From a virus (taxonomy: Duplodnaviria; Heunggongvirae; Uroviricota; Caudoviricetes), in the IMG/VR virus record IMGVR_UViG_2675903575_000011: a DNA stretch of 15,248 nucleotides; one strand, written 5' to 3'. The notes beneath the pieces are model-generated. The model ran no database searches. It was not told where the DNA came from and saw only the letters and a list, made by a program, of their open reading frames with translations. How positions within the stretch are numbered: position 1 is the first letter of the stretch; every line of letters begins with the position of its first letter. A program made the position numbers and the translations under genes. Below, in pieces: positions 1 through 8,380 of this stretch.

Positions 1-1059
1 TTAAATGCGCTGGTCATTTGATATAGGTAAAATGCTTGTAAAGAGTTTTTCGTCATATAGTGCGTACTCAGGTATGTAATCACCATTGCTTTTACCTGTT
101 TGGAAGATAGAGGGGTCCTTGTCGATTAAAACATATAACTCAATGAGAATATTTCTTAGTCCCCAAAGCATTTGCTTTAGTTGTTTTTCATCATTGAATG
201 AGATGCTTATGGCTTCCGTATCTGGTTTTGGATGTTCAAGAATTATTGAGAAAAGATGTTCTTGGTATTTATAATCAATTCCAAGTAGTCTGCAAAGTTG
301 AATTATGTTTGATTCTATGAGTTGTAGGCTAACTAATTGGTCGTCATGATTTTTGTTGTTGGACTTAAGCGATTTGTTTATGTTGTTATAATGATTTGTT
401 GTTTTTCGAATAAAATCTTCTTCGACAACGGTGCTATAGCCATTATCAATGGAAGATGATTTGAAAATATTTTTATAAAGAGTGTACGGATGAACTACAG
501 ATAGTTCAATACTGTCTATATCACTAGTTTCTTTATTTAATCTTGATAATTTAAATGTTGGTAGTGTTTGGAATATATCAGCGAAGCTTTTCAGATGTGA
601 GTAATATGAATCAGTGGTATTTTTTTCAATAACAAGATTGATTTGCTTTTGTGTTTTTTCTATTTGGTTCTCTGTTTGTGTGGTTCTATGTATATTGTTG
701 ACGATTGCTGCAAGAGGTACCGAAGAAGCTAAAATAAATAATGGCAATTTAGAAATGTCAAGAAAGTGATTAAAACCGTCTGATGTGAAATTTAAATCGT
801 GGCCTTTCCAAGCCCAGAGGCCATACAAAACAAACATTTTTAACGGTACGATAATAGATGCTATGAATAATGGTTGTTTTAATAGATTTTTCTCATTTAG
901 TTTAAGCCAATTGAAGCAATAGAACATAAGTATCAATCCAAGTATATAAGCTACACTAAAGAAGATAAAAACTCTTGGACGATTAGTGTATATCAATGCT
1001 AAGGCAATTAAGATAGTAATGATTGCGTAGGTAATGATTAATGTGAGCTTTTTTTTCAT
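1..1059 (-). CDS. AT-rich membrane protein of unknown function (about 352 aa; 4 predicted N-terminal TM helices plus about 230-aa soluble C-terminal domain)
   Basis: Complete ORF on the minus strand (stop TAA at 1..3). Preferred start is ATG at 1057..1059 (MKKKLTLIITYAI...), 4 nt after the int stop, rather than the upstream in-frame ATG at 1101 that would overlap int. Hydrophobic stretches LTLIITYAIITILIALALIY, VFIFFSVAYILGLILMFYCF, LFIASIIVPLKMFVLYGLWAW, LPLFILASSVPLAAIV. Composition is markedly more AT-rich than the phage core by eye. Confidence 0.5.
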   Translation of the reverse strand: MKKKLTLIITYAIITILIALALIYTNRPRVFIFFSVAYILGLILMFYCFNWLKLNEKNLLKQPLFIASIIVPLKMFVLYGLWAWKGHDLNFTSDGFNHFLDISKLPLFILASSVPLAAIVNNIHRTTQTENQIEKTQKQINLVIEKNTTDSYYSHLKSFADIFQTLPTFKLSRLNKETSDIDSIELSVVHPYTLYKNIFKSSSIDNGYSTVVEEDFIRKTTNHYNNINKSLKSNNKNHDDQLVSLQLIESNIIQLCRLLGIDYKYQEHLFSIILEHPKPDTEAISISFNDEKQLKQMLWGLRNILIELYVLIDKDPSIFQTGKSNGDYIPEYALYDEKLFTSILPISNDQRI

Positions 1060-1063
1060 TCTA

Positions 1064-2080
1064 TTAAACCAAATTATGTAAAGGATTTTTTGTAACAGCA
1101 TCTTCTAGATGGTCTGGAGAAAAGTGTGCGTAAACCATCGTCATTTTTATATCGGCATGGCCCAATATTTCTTTAAGGACAAGAATATTCCCGCCATTCA
1201 TCATAAAATGACTGGCGAATGTATGACGCAGCACGTGGGTGCATTGGCCCTCTGGTAGCTCGATGCCTGCTCGCTTTACTGCTCGTTCAAAGGCTTTTCT
1301 GCACGGTGTGAATAGTTTCCCTCTGTTCTTGGGGAGTTCATCATACAGATTTTGAGATATCGGCACGGTACGATTTTTCTTACCTTTTGTCTTGGTATAG
1401 GTGATCCGGTATTTTGATAACTGATGGCCCTGCAAGTTTTCTGCTTCACTCCATCGCGCACCAGTAGCCAGGCATATTTTTGCAATCATTAGTAGGCTGG
1501 TGTTTTGAGATTCGGCGCAGGCATTAAGCAGGCGTTTGATTTCGTCCGTGGAAAGAAAAGCCAATTCACCTTCAGCAATTTTGAAGGTTGGAAGCCCTGC
1601 CAGCGGGTTTGGTGCGGACCAGTGCCCTAGTTTTTTCAATGTACCGAACACCGATGACAGGTTACGCTGCTCAAGATTAACTGTGCGAGGTTTAACGGGT
1701 GACATGAACGAGCCGTCTTCATTTTGGACCTCCCCCTTTAATCTGGCTTCCCGATATTTTGTGAAATCACCTGCTGTCAGCTCAGAGGCGATGGGATCGC
1801 CTAGACCATTACAGATAATTCTAAGTTTCGCCATCAGGCGTTTGGGGTCTGCGAGTGTTTGACCATATAGGGAATACCACTGCTCAATCACTTCTGATAA
1901 TCGCCGCCGATCTTCCTTCTCACCAAGCCATGGCTTTTTGTTTACTTCGTCCATGGTGAAGCTTTCAAATGCAATGGCTTCGCCTTTGGTAGCAAATTGC
2001 TTACGCACGCGCTTACCATTGCGTCCATTGGGATAGCACTCACACAACCATTTTCCGTTCGGCTGTTTTCTGATGGTCAT
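1064..2080 (-). CDS. int: Tyrosine-type site-specific integrase (P2/186 Int family)
   Basis: 338-aa ORF with a C-terminal catalytic region typical of tyrosine recombinases (…HVLRHTFASHFMMNGGNILVLKEILGHADIKMTMVYAHF…: the R, H-x-x-R and Y residues). Lies directly downstream of the repressor gene on the same strand, as in 186 (cI-int operon). Confidence 0.9.
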   Translation of the reverse strand: MTIRKQPNGKWLCECYPNGRNGKRVRKQFATKGEAIAFESFTMDEVNKKPWLGEKEDRRRLSEVIEQWYSLYGQTLADPKRLMAKLRIICNGLGDPIASELTAGDFTKYREARLKGEVQNEDGSFMSPVKPRTVNLEQRNLSSVFGTLKKLGHWSAPNPLAGLPTFKIAEGELAFLSTDEIKRLLNACAESQNTSLLMIAKICLATGARWSEAENLQGHQLSKYRITYTKTKGKKNRTVPISQNLYDELPKNRGKLFTPCRKAFERAVKRAGIELPEGQCTHVLRHTFASHFMMNGGNILVLKEILGHADIKMTMVYAHFSPDHLEDAVTKNPLHNLV

Positions 2081-2083
2081 AAG

Positions 2084-2722
2084 TTAGAGGTTCTTGATTA
2101 CTTTGACTGCACGTCCTACGACTTCCACATCATCTACAGAACATTCAAATGAAGTGTCATCTTGGTTAACTACTATTTTGTTTCCGGGTATGCGCGCAAT
2201 TTTGACGATGCTTTTAACTCCGTCCATATCGACTAACCAGAAGCCATTACTGACTTGTTTAACGGACGTATCCACTACAAAGCTATTATTAGCTGTTTTA
2301 ACAAATAAAGCGTTGGATGAGTCACCATCGAGCAGGCTGCTATCAAGAAGAATTTCATCACTTGCCTGCAGTTCGCCGTTCTTCAGTTCAACACGTTTGA
2401 TGCTAGGAGCAACGATCTTAGAAAGTGGTCTTACAGTGACGGGAGGTTCATTTTTGAGATTTGTTTCTTCGTTCTCACACGCATACATATCTCCTTGACC
2501 AGTAGCCAGCCATAGAAGGGAAGCTCCTGTTTCAAGGGCACATTGAATTACCCATTCGGCAGGAAAGCTATCCCTTAAGTATCTGTTAGCCATAGTGCTT
2601 TTGGATACCTCCAGATGTTCGCAGAGCTGCTGTCGTGAGCTGAAGTTGTAAGCCTTAATAAGCCTGTTAATTGCATCGCGCCCACCACTATCATTTCCCG
2701 CCTTGATCAAACTCATAATCAA
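2084..2722 (-). CDS. cI: Phage immunity repressor CI (186-type: N-terminal HTH, C-terminal LexA/S24-like beta-barrel)
   Basis: 212-aa ORF divergent from the apl-cII lytic operon. N-terminal HTH-like segment (SSRQQLCEHLEVSKSTMANRYLRD; CALETGASLLWLATGQG). C-terminal segment NGFWLVDMDGVKSIVKIARIPGNKIVV resembles the LexA C-terminal domain as recalled from memory. Confidence 0.8.
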   Translation of the reverse strand: MIMSLIKAGNDSGGRDAINRLIKAYNFSSRQQLCEHLEVSKSTMANRYLRDSFPAEWVIQCALETGASLLWLATGQGDMYACENEETNLKNEPPVTVRPLSKIVAPSIKRVELKNGELQASDEILLDSSLLDGDSSNALFVKTANNSFVVDTSVKQVSNGFWLVDMDGVKSIVKIARIPGNKIVVNQDDTSFECSVDDVEVVGRAVKVIKNL

Positions 2723-2727
2723 ACCCC

Positions 2728-2756
2728 TTGACGTATATAAAAAGTGATCCTAATAT
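2728..2756 (+). promoter_or_regulatory. Near-consensus sigma70 promoter (TTGACG-17 bp-TAATAT) facing the apl-cII operon; pR-like lytic promoter
   Basis: TTGACG at 2728..2733, 17-nt spacer, TAATAT at 2751..2756, about 75 bp upstream of the apl start; position equivalent to pR of 186. Confidence 0.5.
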
Positions 2757-2776
2757 CCATTTATGGTTTGAAAAGC

Positions 2777-2817
2777 AAAACCAAACCACATAAAACAAGA
2801 TAAAACGAAACCAAACT
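2777..2817. promoter_or_regulatory. Direct repeats AAACCAAAC (2778..2786 and 2808..2816) with interleaved TAAAAC repeats (2791..2796, 2801..2806) in the cI/apl switch region; candidate repressor or Apl operators
   Basis: Repeats at about 10- and 30-bp spacing between the lytic promoter and the apl start codon. Confidence 0.3.
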
Positions 2818-2832
2818 AAGAGATACTGCACT

Positions 2833-3075
2833 ATGAGTACTGATATTTCAATTCGTGTACCAAAAGAGATGGCTACGCCTGCAGAGTTCGCGGAATGGGA
2901 AGGTATCTCCCGCGGCTCCGTGTATCAAAAAATTCACCATGGTCAGCTTGCTAAATACATGGTCAAGAAAGAAAAAAACAAAGGCCGCGTAAGCCTGCGT
3001 TATTTAATGTACAAAACCGATCAGGTCCGTGAATCCCTCGGTCATTCCAACTTCCGCGTCATTGTTGGTAAGTAA
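2833..3075 (+). CDS. apl: Apl/Cox-like small DNA-binding protein (excisionase and lytic-switch regulator)
   Basis: 80-aa basic ORF that is the first gene of the rightward operon, between cI and cII, exactly where 186 apl and P2 cox lie. RBS aagaga precedes ATG at 2833. Confidence 0.65.
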   Translation: MSTDISIRVPKEMATPAEFAEWEGISRGSVYQKIHHGQLAKYMVKKEKNKGRVSLRYLMYKTDQVRESLGHSNFRVIVGK

Positions 3076-3107
3076 GTTCAATTATGAGAACTTTCTAAGG
3101 GGGTAGC

Positions 3108-3617
3108 ATGTTTGATTATAAGATTTCCAAACACCCGCATTTTGATGAAGCCTGTAGAGCTTTTGCACTTCGTCACAATATGGCGAAGCTGGCAGAACGT
3201 GCAGGAATGAATGTCCAGACTCTGCGAAACAAACTCAACCCAGATCAACCGCATCAGCTCAATGCGCCAGAAATCTGGCTGCTTACCGATCTGACTGAAG
3301 ATTCAACGCTGATAGATGGTTTTCTGGCACAGATTCACTGCCTGCCATGTGTACCGATTAATGAGGTAGCAAAAGAGAAACTGCCGCATTACGTCATGAG
3401 TGCAACCGCAGAGATCGGGCGTGTTGCTGCAGGTGCGGTATCTGGCAATGTAAAAACCAGTGCAGGTCGTCGTGATGCTATCAGCAGCATTAACTCTGTA
3501 ACACGACTGATGGCGCTGGCTGCTGTTTCATTGCAGGCCCGTTTACAGGCTAACCCGGCGATGGCGAGTGCAGTTGATACCATGACTGGCCTTGGTGCTT
3601 CATTCGGTTTGCTGTGA
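3108..3617 (+). CDS. cII: CII-like transcriptional activator of lysogeny establishment (186 CII family)
   Basis: 169-aa ORF, the same length as 186 CII, with an HTH-like N-terminal region (ACRAFALRHNMAKLAERAGMNVQTLRNKL). Strong RBS (aagggggt) before ATG at 3108; position after apl. Confidence 0.75.
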   Translation: MFDYKISKHPHFDEACRAFALRHNMAKLAERAGMNVQTLRNKLNPDQPHQLNAPEIWLLTDLTEDSTLIDGFLAQIHCLPCVPINEVAKEKLPHYVMSATAEIGRVAAGAVSGNVKTSAGRRDAISSINSVTRLMALAAVSLQARLQANPAMASAVDTMTGLGASFGLL

Positions 3618-3624
3618 GGTGCTT

Positions 3625-3825
3625 ATGCTTACGAAAGAACCATCATTTGCATCGCTGCTGGTTAAACAAAGCCCGGCAATGCACTACGGTCACGGCTGGA
3701 TCATGGGTGAGGATGGTAAACGCTGGCATCCGTGCCGTTCACAAGATGAATTGCTGGCAGAACTATCTACGAAAAAACGGGGGAACAAATGGCTATTGAA
3801 GGCGCTGCGGCGACTGTTCCATTAA
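3625..3825 (+). CDS. Small early-operon protein of unknown function (66 aa), at the position of 186 fil/dhr-type genes
   Basis: ORF with GAGG upstream of ATG at 3625. The alternative overlapping frame 3614..3799 has off-frame-like composition (C/W/R-rich). Start codon is uncertain. Confidence 0.4.
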   Translation: MLTKEPSFASLLVKQSPAMHYGHGWIMGEDGKRWHPCRSQDELLAELSTKKRGNKWLLKALRRLFH

Positions 3826-4130
3826 GCCCCGGTCAACGCCTGAATGGACTTAATCACATTGCGGAGTTAAGGGCGAAAGTTTTTGGTCTGAATATTGAGT
3901 CAGAGCTTGAGCGGTTTATTAAAGATATGCGTGATCCACGCGATATTAATAGCGAACAAAATAAACGGGCACTGGCTGCCATATTCTTTATGGCAAAAAT
4001 TCCAGCTGAACGTCATAGCATCAGCATTAATGAGCTGACCACTGACGAAAAGCGGGAGTTGATTAAAGCAATGAATCATTTTCGTGCAGTGGTGAGCTTA
4101 TTTCCCAGACGGCTAACCATGCCGAATTAA
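3789..4130 (+). CDS. Hypothetical early protein (113 aa)
   Basis: ORF with RBS (cggggga) 5 nt before ATG at 3789; overlaps the preceding ORF by 37 nt; balanced amino-acid composition. Confidence 0.45.
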   Translation: MAIEGAAATVPLSPGQRLNGLNHIAELRAKVFGLNIESELERFIKDMRDPRDINSEQNKRALAAIFFMAKIPAERHSISINELTTDEKRELIKAMNHFRAVVSLFPRRLTMPN

Positions 4131-4197
4131 CCAACTAATGAAATTAATGGCGTAAACCCGCCGGGCATCCCTTTATCTAAATTCAGGAGAATTGATT

Positions 4198-4431
4198 ATG
4201 CGTAATATTGAAACCCTCTCGACTAAAACCGGACCGGATGACGCAGGGCTTAATATTTTACTGACAGAGGCTCGTCTGGAAGAACGCCGGGCAAGGGCTG
4301 AAGCAATGGCAGCTCGCCTTGATAGCCTGGCGTGTCATATCACATCCCGCCAGCTAAACCACGTCGAAGCGGCAGAACTGCTGCGTGTAACTGCTGAAGC
4401 AATCCAGAACGAAGCGCAGGAGATCCACTAA
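4198..4431 (+). CDS. Hypothetical early protein (77 aa, predicted helical/coiled-coil)
   Basis: RBS caggaga at 4184..4190, then ATG at 4198; its stop overlaps the next start (TAATG at 4429..4433). Confidence 0.45.
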   Translation: MRNIETLSTKTGPDDAGLNILLTEARLEERRARAEAMAARLDSLACHITSRQLNHVEAAELLRVTAEAIQNEAQEIH

Positions 4432-4658
4432 TGGCTGATGCAATGGATCTCGTACAGCAGCGCGTTGAAGAAGAACGCCAGCGCCATATTCGTGCTGCCC
4501 GTGCCAAAACACCGGGCGTGTCTCGCGTGCTTTGTATTGAATGTGAAGCGCCAATTCCGCCAGCACGACGCCGCGCCATTCCGGGAGTGCAGCTTTGCAT
4601 TACCTGCCAGGAAATCGTAGAGCTGAAAGGCAAACATTACAACGGAGGTGCTGTATGA
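4431..4658 (+). CDS. TraR/DksA-family C4 zinc-finger protein
   Basis: 75-aa ORF with CxxC-x17-CxxC ([26 protein letters not shown]), the architecture of the DksA/TraR zinc-finger family that is common in P2-like phages. Confidence 0.8.
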   Translation: MADAMDLVQQRVEEERQRHIRAARAKTPGVSRVLCIECEAPIPPARRRAIPGVQLCITCQEIVELKGKHYNGGAV

Positions 4659-4957
4659 CAAGGGCAGTGCGTATCCATCAATTAAAAATTGCACCTAAGT
4701 ATTTCAACGTTGTGGTTGCAGGTCAAAAGACGGCTGAACTTCGTAAAGACGATCGTGGCTATAAAGTTGGTGATGTTCTTTCTCTTTGCGAATGGAAGCA
4801 TGGCGTATTTACGGGTAGGGAATGGGCCGCTGTTATCTCTCATGTGCTTCCGGTTAATGACGTCATGGCAGTTTCAGAACAATGGGTGATGCTATCAATT
4901 CGCCCATTAACCCCATTAGAAGCTTTAGGATATGTTATTGCAGGAGGTGCTGTATGA
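4655..4957 (+). CDS. DUF3850/ASCH-like small protein
   Basis: 100-aa ORF starting at ATG 4655 (ATGA overlap with the TraR stop). N-terminus [33 protein letters not shown] matches the conserved DUF3850/ASCH signature as recalled. Confidence 0.6.
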   Translation: MTRAVRIHQLKIAPKYFNVVVAGQKTAELRKDDRGYKVGDVLSLCEWKHGVFTGREWAAVISHVLPVNDVMAVSEQWVMLSIRPLTPLEALGYVIAGGAV

Positions 4958-5811
4958 GCACCATCCTGAAATGGGCGGGTAATAAAACTACCATTATGTC
5001 CGAACTGAAAAAACATCTTCCTGCTGGCCCGCGACTGGTTGAACCTTTCGCGGGTTCCTGTGCTGTGATGATGGAGACGGATTACCCCAGCTATCTTGTT
5101 GCGGATATTAATCCTGATTTAATCAACCTCTATAAAAAGGTTGCTGCTGATTGTGAATCGTTTATATCTCGCGCCAGAGTTTTATTTGAGATCGCAAACA
5201 GGGAGGTGGCTTATTACAACATAAGGCAGGAGTTTAATTACTCAACTGAAATTACTGATTTCATGAAAGCGGTATATTTCCTGTATCTCAATCGTCACGG
5301 TTACCGTGGTTTATGTCGCTATAACAAGAGCGGGCATTTCAACATTCCCTACGGTAATTATAAAAATCCGTATTTCCCTGAAAAAGAAATTCGCGCATTT
5401 GCAGAAAAGGCCCAGCGAGCAACGTTTATCTGCGCCAGCTTTGATGAAACGCTGGCGATGTTGAAGGCGGGGGATGTGGTGTATTGCGATCCGCCGTATG
5501 ACGGTACGTTTTCCGGCTATCACACTGATGGTTTCACTGAAGATGACCAGTATCACCTGGCATCCGTTCTTGAACATCGGTCATCAGAAGGACATCCGGT
5601 CATTGTTTCTAACAGTGACACATCCCTGATCCGTTCGCTGTATCGCAATTTTACTCACCACTACATCAAGGCAAAACGCAGCATCGGCGTAGCAGCTGGT
5701 GAGAGTAAATCTGCAACAGAAATCATCGCTGTTTCTGGGGCACGCTGCTGGGTGGGATTTGATTCTTCGCGTGGCGTGGATAGTTCTGCCGTGTACGGAG
5801 TGCGTGCATGA
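4954..5811 (+). CDS. dam: DNA adenine methyltransferase (Dam-like, D12-class N6-adenine MTase)
   Basis: Motif I region ([11 protein letters not shown]) and catalytic DPPY motif ([11 protein letters not shown]); N-terminus LKWAGNK typical of Dam. Start ATG 4954 overlaps the upstream stop (ATGA). Confidence 0.9.
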   Translation: MSTILKWAGNKTTIMSELKKHLPAGPRLVEPFAGSCAVMMETDYPSYLVADINPDLINLYKKVAADCESFISRARVLFEIANREVAYYNIRQEFNYSTEITDFMKAVYFLYLNRHGYRGLCRYNKSGHFNIPYGNYKNPYFPEKEIRAFAEKAQRATFICASFDETLAMLKAGDVVYCDPPYDGTFSGYHTDGFTEDDQYHLASVLEHRSSEGHPVIVSNSDTSLIRSLYRNFTHHYIKAKRSIGVAAGESKSATEIIAVSGARCWVGFDSSRGVDSSAVYGVRA

Positions 5812-8228
5812 GCCATGCTGATATGAACAACTGCAGCGGCTTTAACGAGGCCGCCGCAGCATTCTCATGGAACAGCCCGAAAAAGGCTATTAACCCTTAT
5901 CTGGACCCGGCGGAAGTTGCGCCGGTTTCTGCGCTTTCAAACCTGATCACTCTGTACGCTGCCGATAACGAGCAGGAACAACTGCGCCGCGAGGCACTGA
6001 GTGATCAGGTCTGGGAGCGTTATTTCTTTAATGAATCCCGTGATCCTGTCCAGCGCGAAATGGAGCAGGATAAGCTTATTAGCCGGGCAAAGCTGGCGCA
6101 TGAGCAGCAGCGTTTTAATCCGGACATGGTCATACTGGCGGACGTTAACGCCCAGCCTTCCCATATCAGCAAGCCGCTGATGCAACGTATTGAATACTTC
6201 AGCAGCCTGGGCAGGCCAAAGGCTTATTCCCGCTATTTGCGTGAGACGATTAAGCCATGTCTGGAACGACTGGAGCATGTACGCGACAGTCAGCTATCCA
6301 CTTCTTTTCGCTTTATGGCAAGCCATGAAGGGCTGGACGGCCTGCTGATCTTGCCTGAAATGAGTCAGGATCAGGTGAAACGCCTGTCTACTCTTGTCGC
6401 TGCGCATATGAGTATGTGTCTTGATGCCGCTTGTGGTGATTTGTACGCCACCGATGATGTTAAGCCAGAAGAAATCCGCAAGACATGGGAAAAGGTGGCA
6501 GCAGAAACCCTGCGACTGGATGTCATACCGCCTGCGTTTGAGCAACTCCGCCGGAAAAGAAACCGCCGTAAACCCGTGCCCTATGAACTCATTCCGGGTT
6601 CGCTGGCGCGTATGTTGTGCGCCGATTGGTGGTACCGGAAATTATGGAAGATGCGTTGCGAATGGCGGGAAGAGCAGTTGCGTGCTGTTTGCCTGGTCAG
6701 CAAAAAAGCATCTCCCTATGTCAGCTATGAAGCCGTGATGCATAAACGTGAGCAGCGCCGTAAGTCGCTGGAGTTTTTCCGTTCTCATGAACTGGTGAAC
6801 GAAGACGGCGACACGCTGGACATGGAGGATGTGGTAAACGCCAGCAGCAGCAACCCTGCGCATCGCCGCAATGAGATGATGGCCTGTGTTAAAGGTCTGG
6901 AGCTTATCGCGGAAATGCGCGGTGACTGCGCCGTTTTCTACACCATCACCTGTCCGTCACGTTTCCATTCCACGCTAAATAACGGCAGGCCCAACCCGAC
7001 CTGGACAAATGCGACGGTAAGACAAAGCAGTGATTATCTGGTCGGCATGTTTGCTGCATTTCGTAAGGCGATGCACAAAGCCGGGTTGCGCTGGTATGGC
7101 GTGCGGGTGGCTGAGCCGCATCATGACGGCACAGTTCACTGGCACCTGTTGTGTTTCATGCGCAAAAAAGACCGCCGCGCCATTACTGCATTGTTGCGTA
7201 AGTTTGCTATCCGTGAAGACCGCGAGGAGCTGGGTAATAACACGGGGCCACGCTTTAAGTCTGAGCTGATAAACCCGCGCAAAGGAACGCCGACTAGCTA
7301 CATCGCGAAATACATCAGTAAGAACATTGACGGGCGTGGTCTGGCTGGCGAGATCAGCAAGGAAACGGGTAAATCTCTGCGTGATAACGCTGAATACGTT
7401 AATGCCTGGGCGTCTCTGCATCGTGTTCAGCAATTCCGCTTCTTTGGCATTCCGGGGCGTCAGGCTTACCGTGAACTGCGATTGCTGGCTGGTCAGGCGG
7501 CAAGGCAACAGGGTGACAAAAAAGCAGGTGCGCCGGTACTGGATAACCAGCGCCTTGATGCCATTCTGGCTGCAGCTGATGCTGGTTGTTTTGCCACCTA
7601 CATCATGAAGCAGGGCGGCGTACTGGTTCCCCGTAAATATCACCTCATCAGAACCGCTTATGAAATCAACGAAGAGCCGACCGCCTATGGCGATCACGGC
7701 ATTCGTATTTATGGCATCTGGTCACCCATTGCAGAGGGCAAAATCTGCACTCATGCAGTGAAGTGGAAAATGGTTCGTAAGGCCGTTGACGTTCAGGAGG
7801 CGGCAGCCGACCAGGGCGCTTGCGCCCCTTGGACTCGGACTCGTGGCAATAACTGTCCCCTTGCTGAAAATTTGAACCAACAAGGGAAAGACAAATCAGC
7901 TTATGGGGATACCAGAACGGACATTACCCGCATGGATGACAAGGAGTTGCACGATTACCTGCACAGTATGAGCAAAAAAGAGCGCCGGGAACTGGCTGCA
8001 AGGTTACGCCTGGTGAAACCGAAACGGCGTAAAGACTACAAACAGCGAATTACAGACCATCAGCGACAGCAGCTCGTCTATGAGCTGAAGTCCAGAGGAT
8101 TTGATGGCAGCGAGAAAGAGGTCGGTTTACTCCTTCGCGGCGGCAGTATTCCGTCAGGAGCAGGCCTGCGTATCTTCTATCGGAACCAGCGTTTGCAGGA
8201 AGATGATAAGTGGCGGGATCTGTATTAA
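5808..8228 (+). CDS. A: Rolling-circle replication initiation endonuclease (P2/186 gpA family)
   Basis: 806-aa ORF in the gpA position after the early genes. HUH-type motif ([10 protein letters not shown]) with downstream Tyr-containing region (YIAKYISKN). Start ATG 5808 overlaps the dam stop (ATGA). Confidence 0.9.
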   Translation: MSHADMNNCSGFNEAAAAFSWNSPKKAINPYLDPAEVAPVSALSNLITLYAADNEQEQLRREALSDQVWERYFFNESRDPVQREMEQDKLISRAKLAHEQQRFNPDMVILADVNAQPSHISKPLMQRIEYFSSLGRPKAYSRYLRETIKPCLERLEHVRDSQLSTSFRFMASHEGLDGLLILPEMSQDQVKRLSTLVAAHMSMCLDAACGDLYATDDVKPEEIRKTWEKVAAETLRLDVIPPAFEQLRRKRNRRKPVPYELIPGSLARMLCADWWYRKLWKMRCEWREEQLRAVCLVSKKASPYVSYEAVMHKREQRRKSLEFFRSHELVNEDGDTLDMEDVVNASSSNPAHRRNEMMACVKGLELIAEMRGDCAVFYTITCPSRFHSTLNNGRPNPTWTNATVRQSSDYLVGMFAAFRKAMHKAGLRWYGVRVAEPHHDGTVHWHLLCFMRKKDRRAITALLRKFAIREDREELGNNTGPRFKSELINPRKGTPTSYIAKYISKNIDGRGLAGEISKETGKSLRDNAEYVNAWASLHRVQQFRFFGIPGRQAYRELRLLAGQAARQQGDKKAGAPVLDNQRLDAILAAADAGCFATYIMKQGGVLVPRKYHLIRTAYEINEEPTAYGDHGIRIYGIWSPIAEGKICTHAVKWKMVRKAVDVQEAAADQGACAPWTRTRGNNCPLAENLNQQGKDKSAYGDTRTDITRMDDKELHDYLHSMSKKERRELAARLRLVKPKRRKDYKQRITDHQRQQLVYELKSRGFDGSEKEVGLLLRGGSIPSGAGLRIFYRNQRLQEDDKWRDLY

Positions 8229-8320
8229 TTACGCGGGTTAACAATTCGTGCTCTTAATAATACCAGGCATATCAGGCTGATGAACGTAAAAAAACGTTTT
8301 ACATCAGTAAGATTATTATA

Positions 8321-8340
8321 TACTGTAAATATAAACAGTG
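8321..8340. promoter_or_regulatory. LexA operator (SOS box) TACTGTAAATATAAACAGTG
   Basis: Matches CTGT-N8-ACAG with an AT-rich spacer, close to the TACTGTATATATATACAGTA consensus. Overlaps a candidate promoter (TTTACA at 8298..8303; TATACT at 8319..8324) 40 bp upstream of ORF 8381. Confidence 0.7.
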
Positions 8341-8380
8341 GTTATGTATACAGTATTGCTTTGGTGTCATAGGAGGAAAG

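Noticed and set aside
1-1063. tRNA gene or att core next to int
   Set aside because: No tRNA-like, GC-rich or structured sequence is present; the region is fully occupied by the AT-rich membrane-protein ORF, so attL cannot be placed within this window.
1060-1101. Upstream in-frame ATG (1099..1101) that would extend the membrane-protein ORF to 366 aa
   Set aside because: It would overlap the last 12 codons of int on the same strand in another frame; ATG at 1057..1059 just after the int stop begins the hydrophobic N-terminus and is the more plausible start, although this remains uncertain.
2094-2498. 134-aa plus-strand ORF antisense to the CI repressor gene
   Set aside because: Lies wholly inside the well-supported cI reading frame on the opposite strand; Ser/Thr/Leu-rich low-complexity translation typical of a shadow ORF; no RBS.
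3592-3825. TTG-initiated 77-aa version of the first small ORF, and the alternative frame 3614..3799
   Set aside because: The TTG start overlaps the end of cII with no RBS; the 3614..3799 frame translates to C/W/R-rich sequence. The ATG at 3625 preceded by GAGG is preferred.
4340-4694. Several minus-strand ORFs (70 to 97 aa) antisense to the small early genes and the TraR-like gene
   Set aside because: Overlap plus-strand genes that have good RBSs and coupled stop-start junctions; no independent support.
5311-5577. 88-aa minus-strand ORF within dam
   Set aside because: Antisense to a methyltransferase ORF with intact catalytic motifs; shadow ORF.
6975-7697. 240-aa minus-strand ORF inside the gpA replication gene
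   Set aside because: Antisense shadow ORF within a confidently called 806-aa gene; Arg/Cys-rich off-frame-like composition.
8284-8299. Small hairpin AACGT-A7-ACGTT downstream of gpA
   Set aside because: A 5-bp AT-containing stem is too weak for an intrinsic terminator; more likely part of the AT-rich promoter region of the SOS operon.
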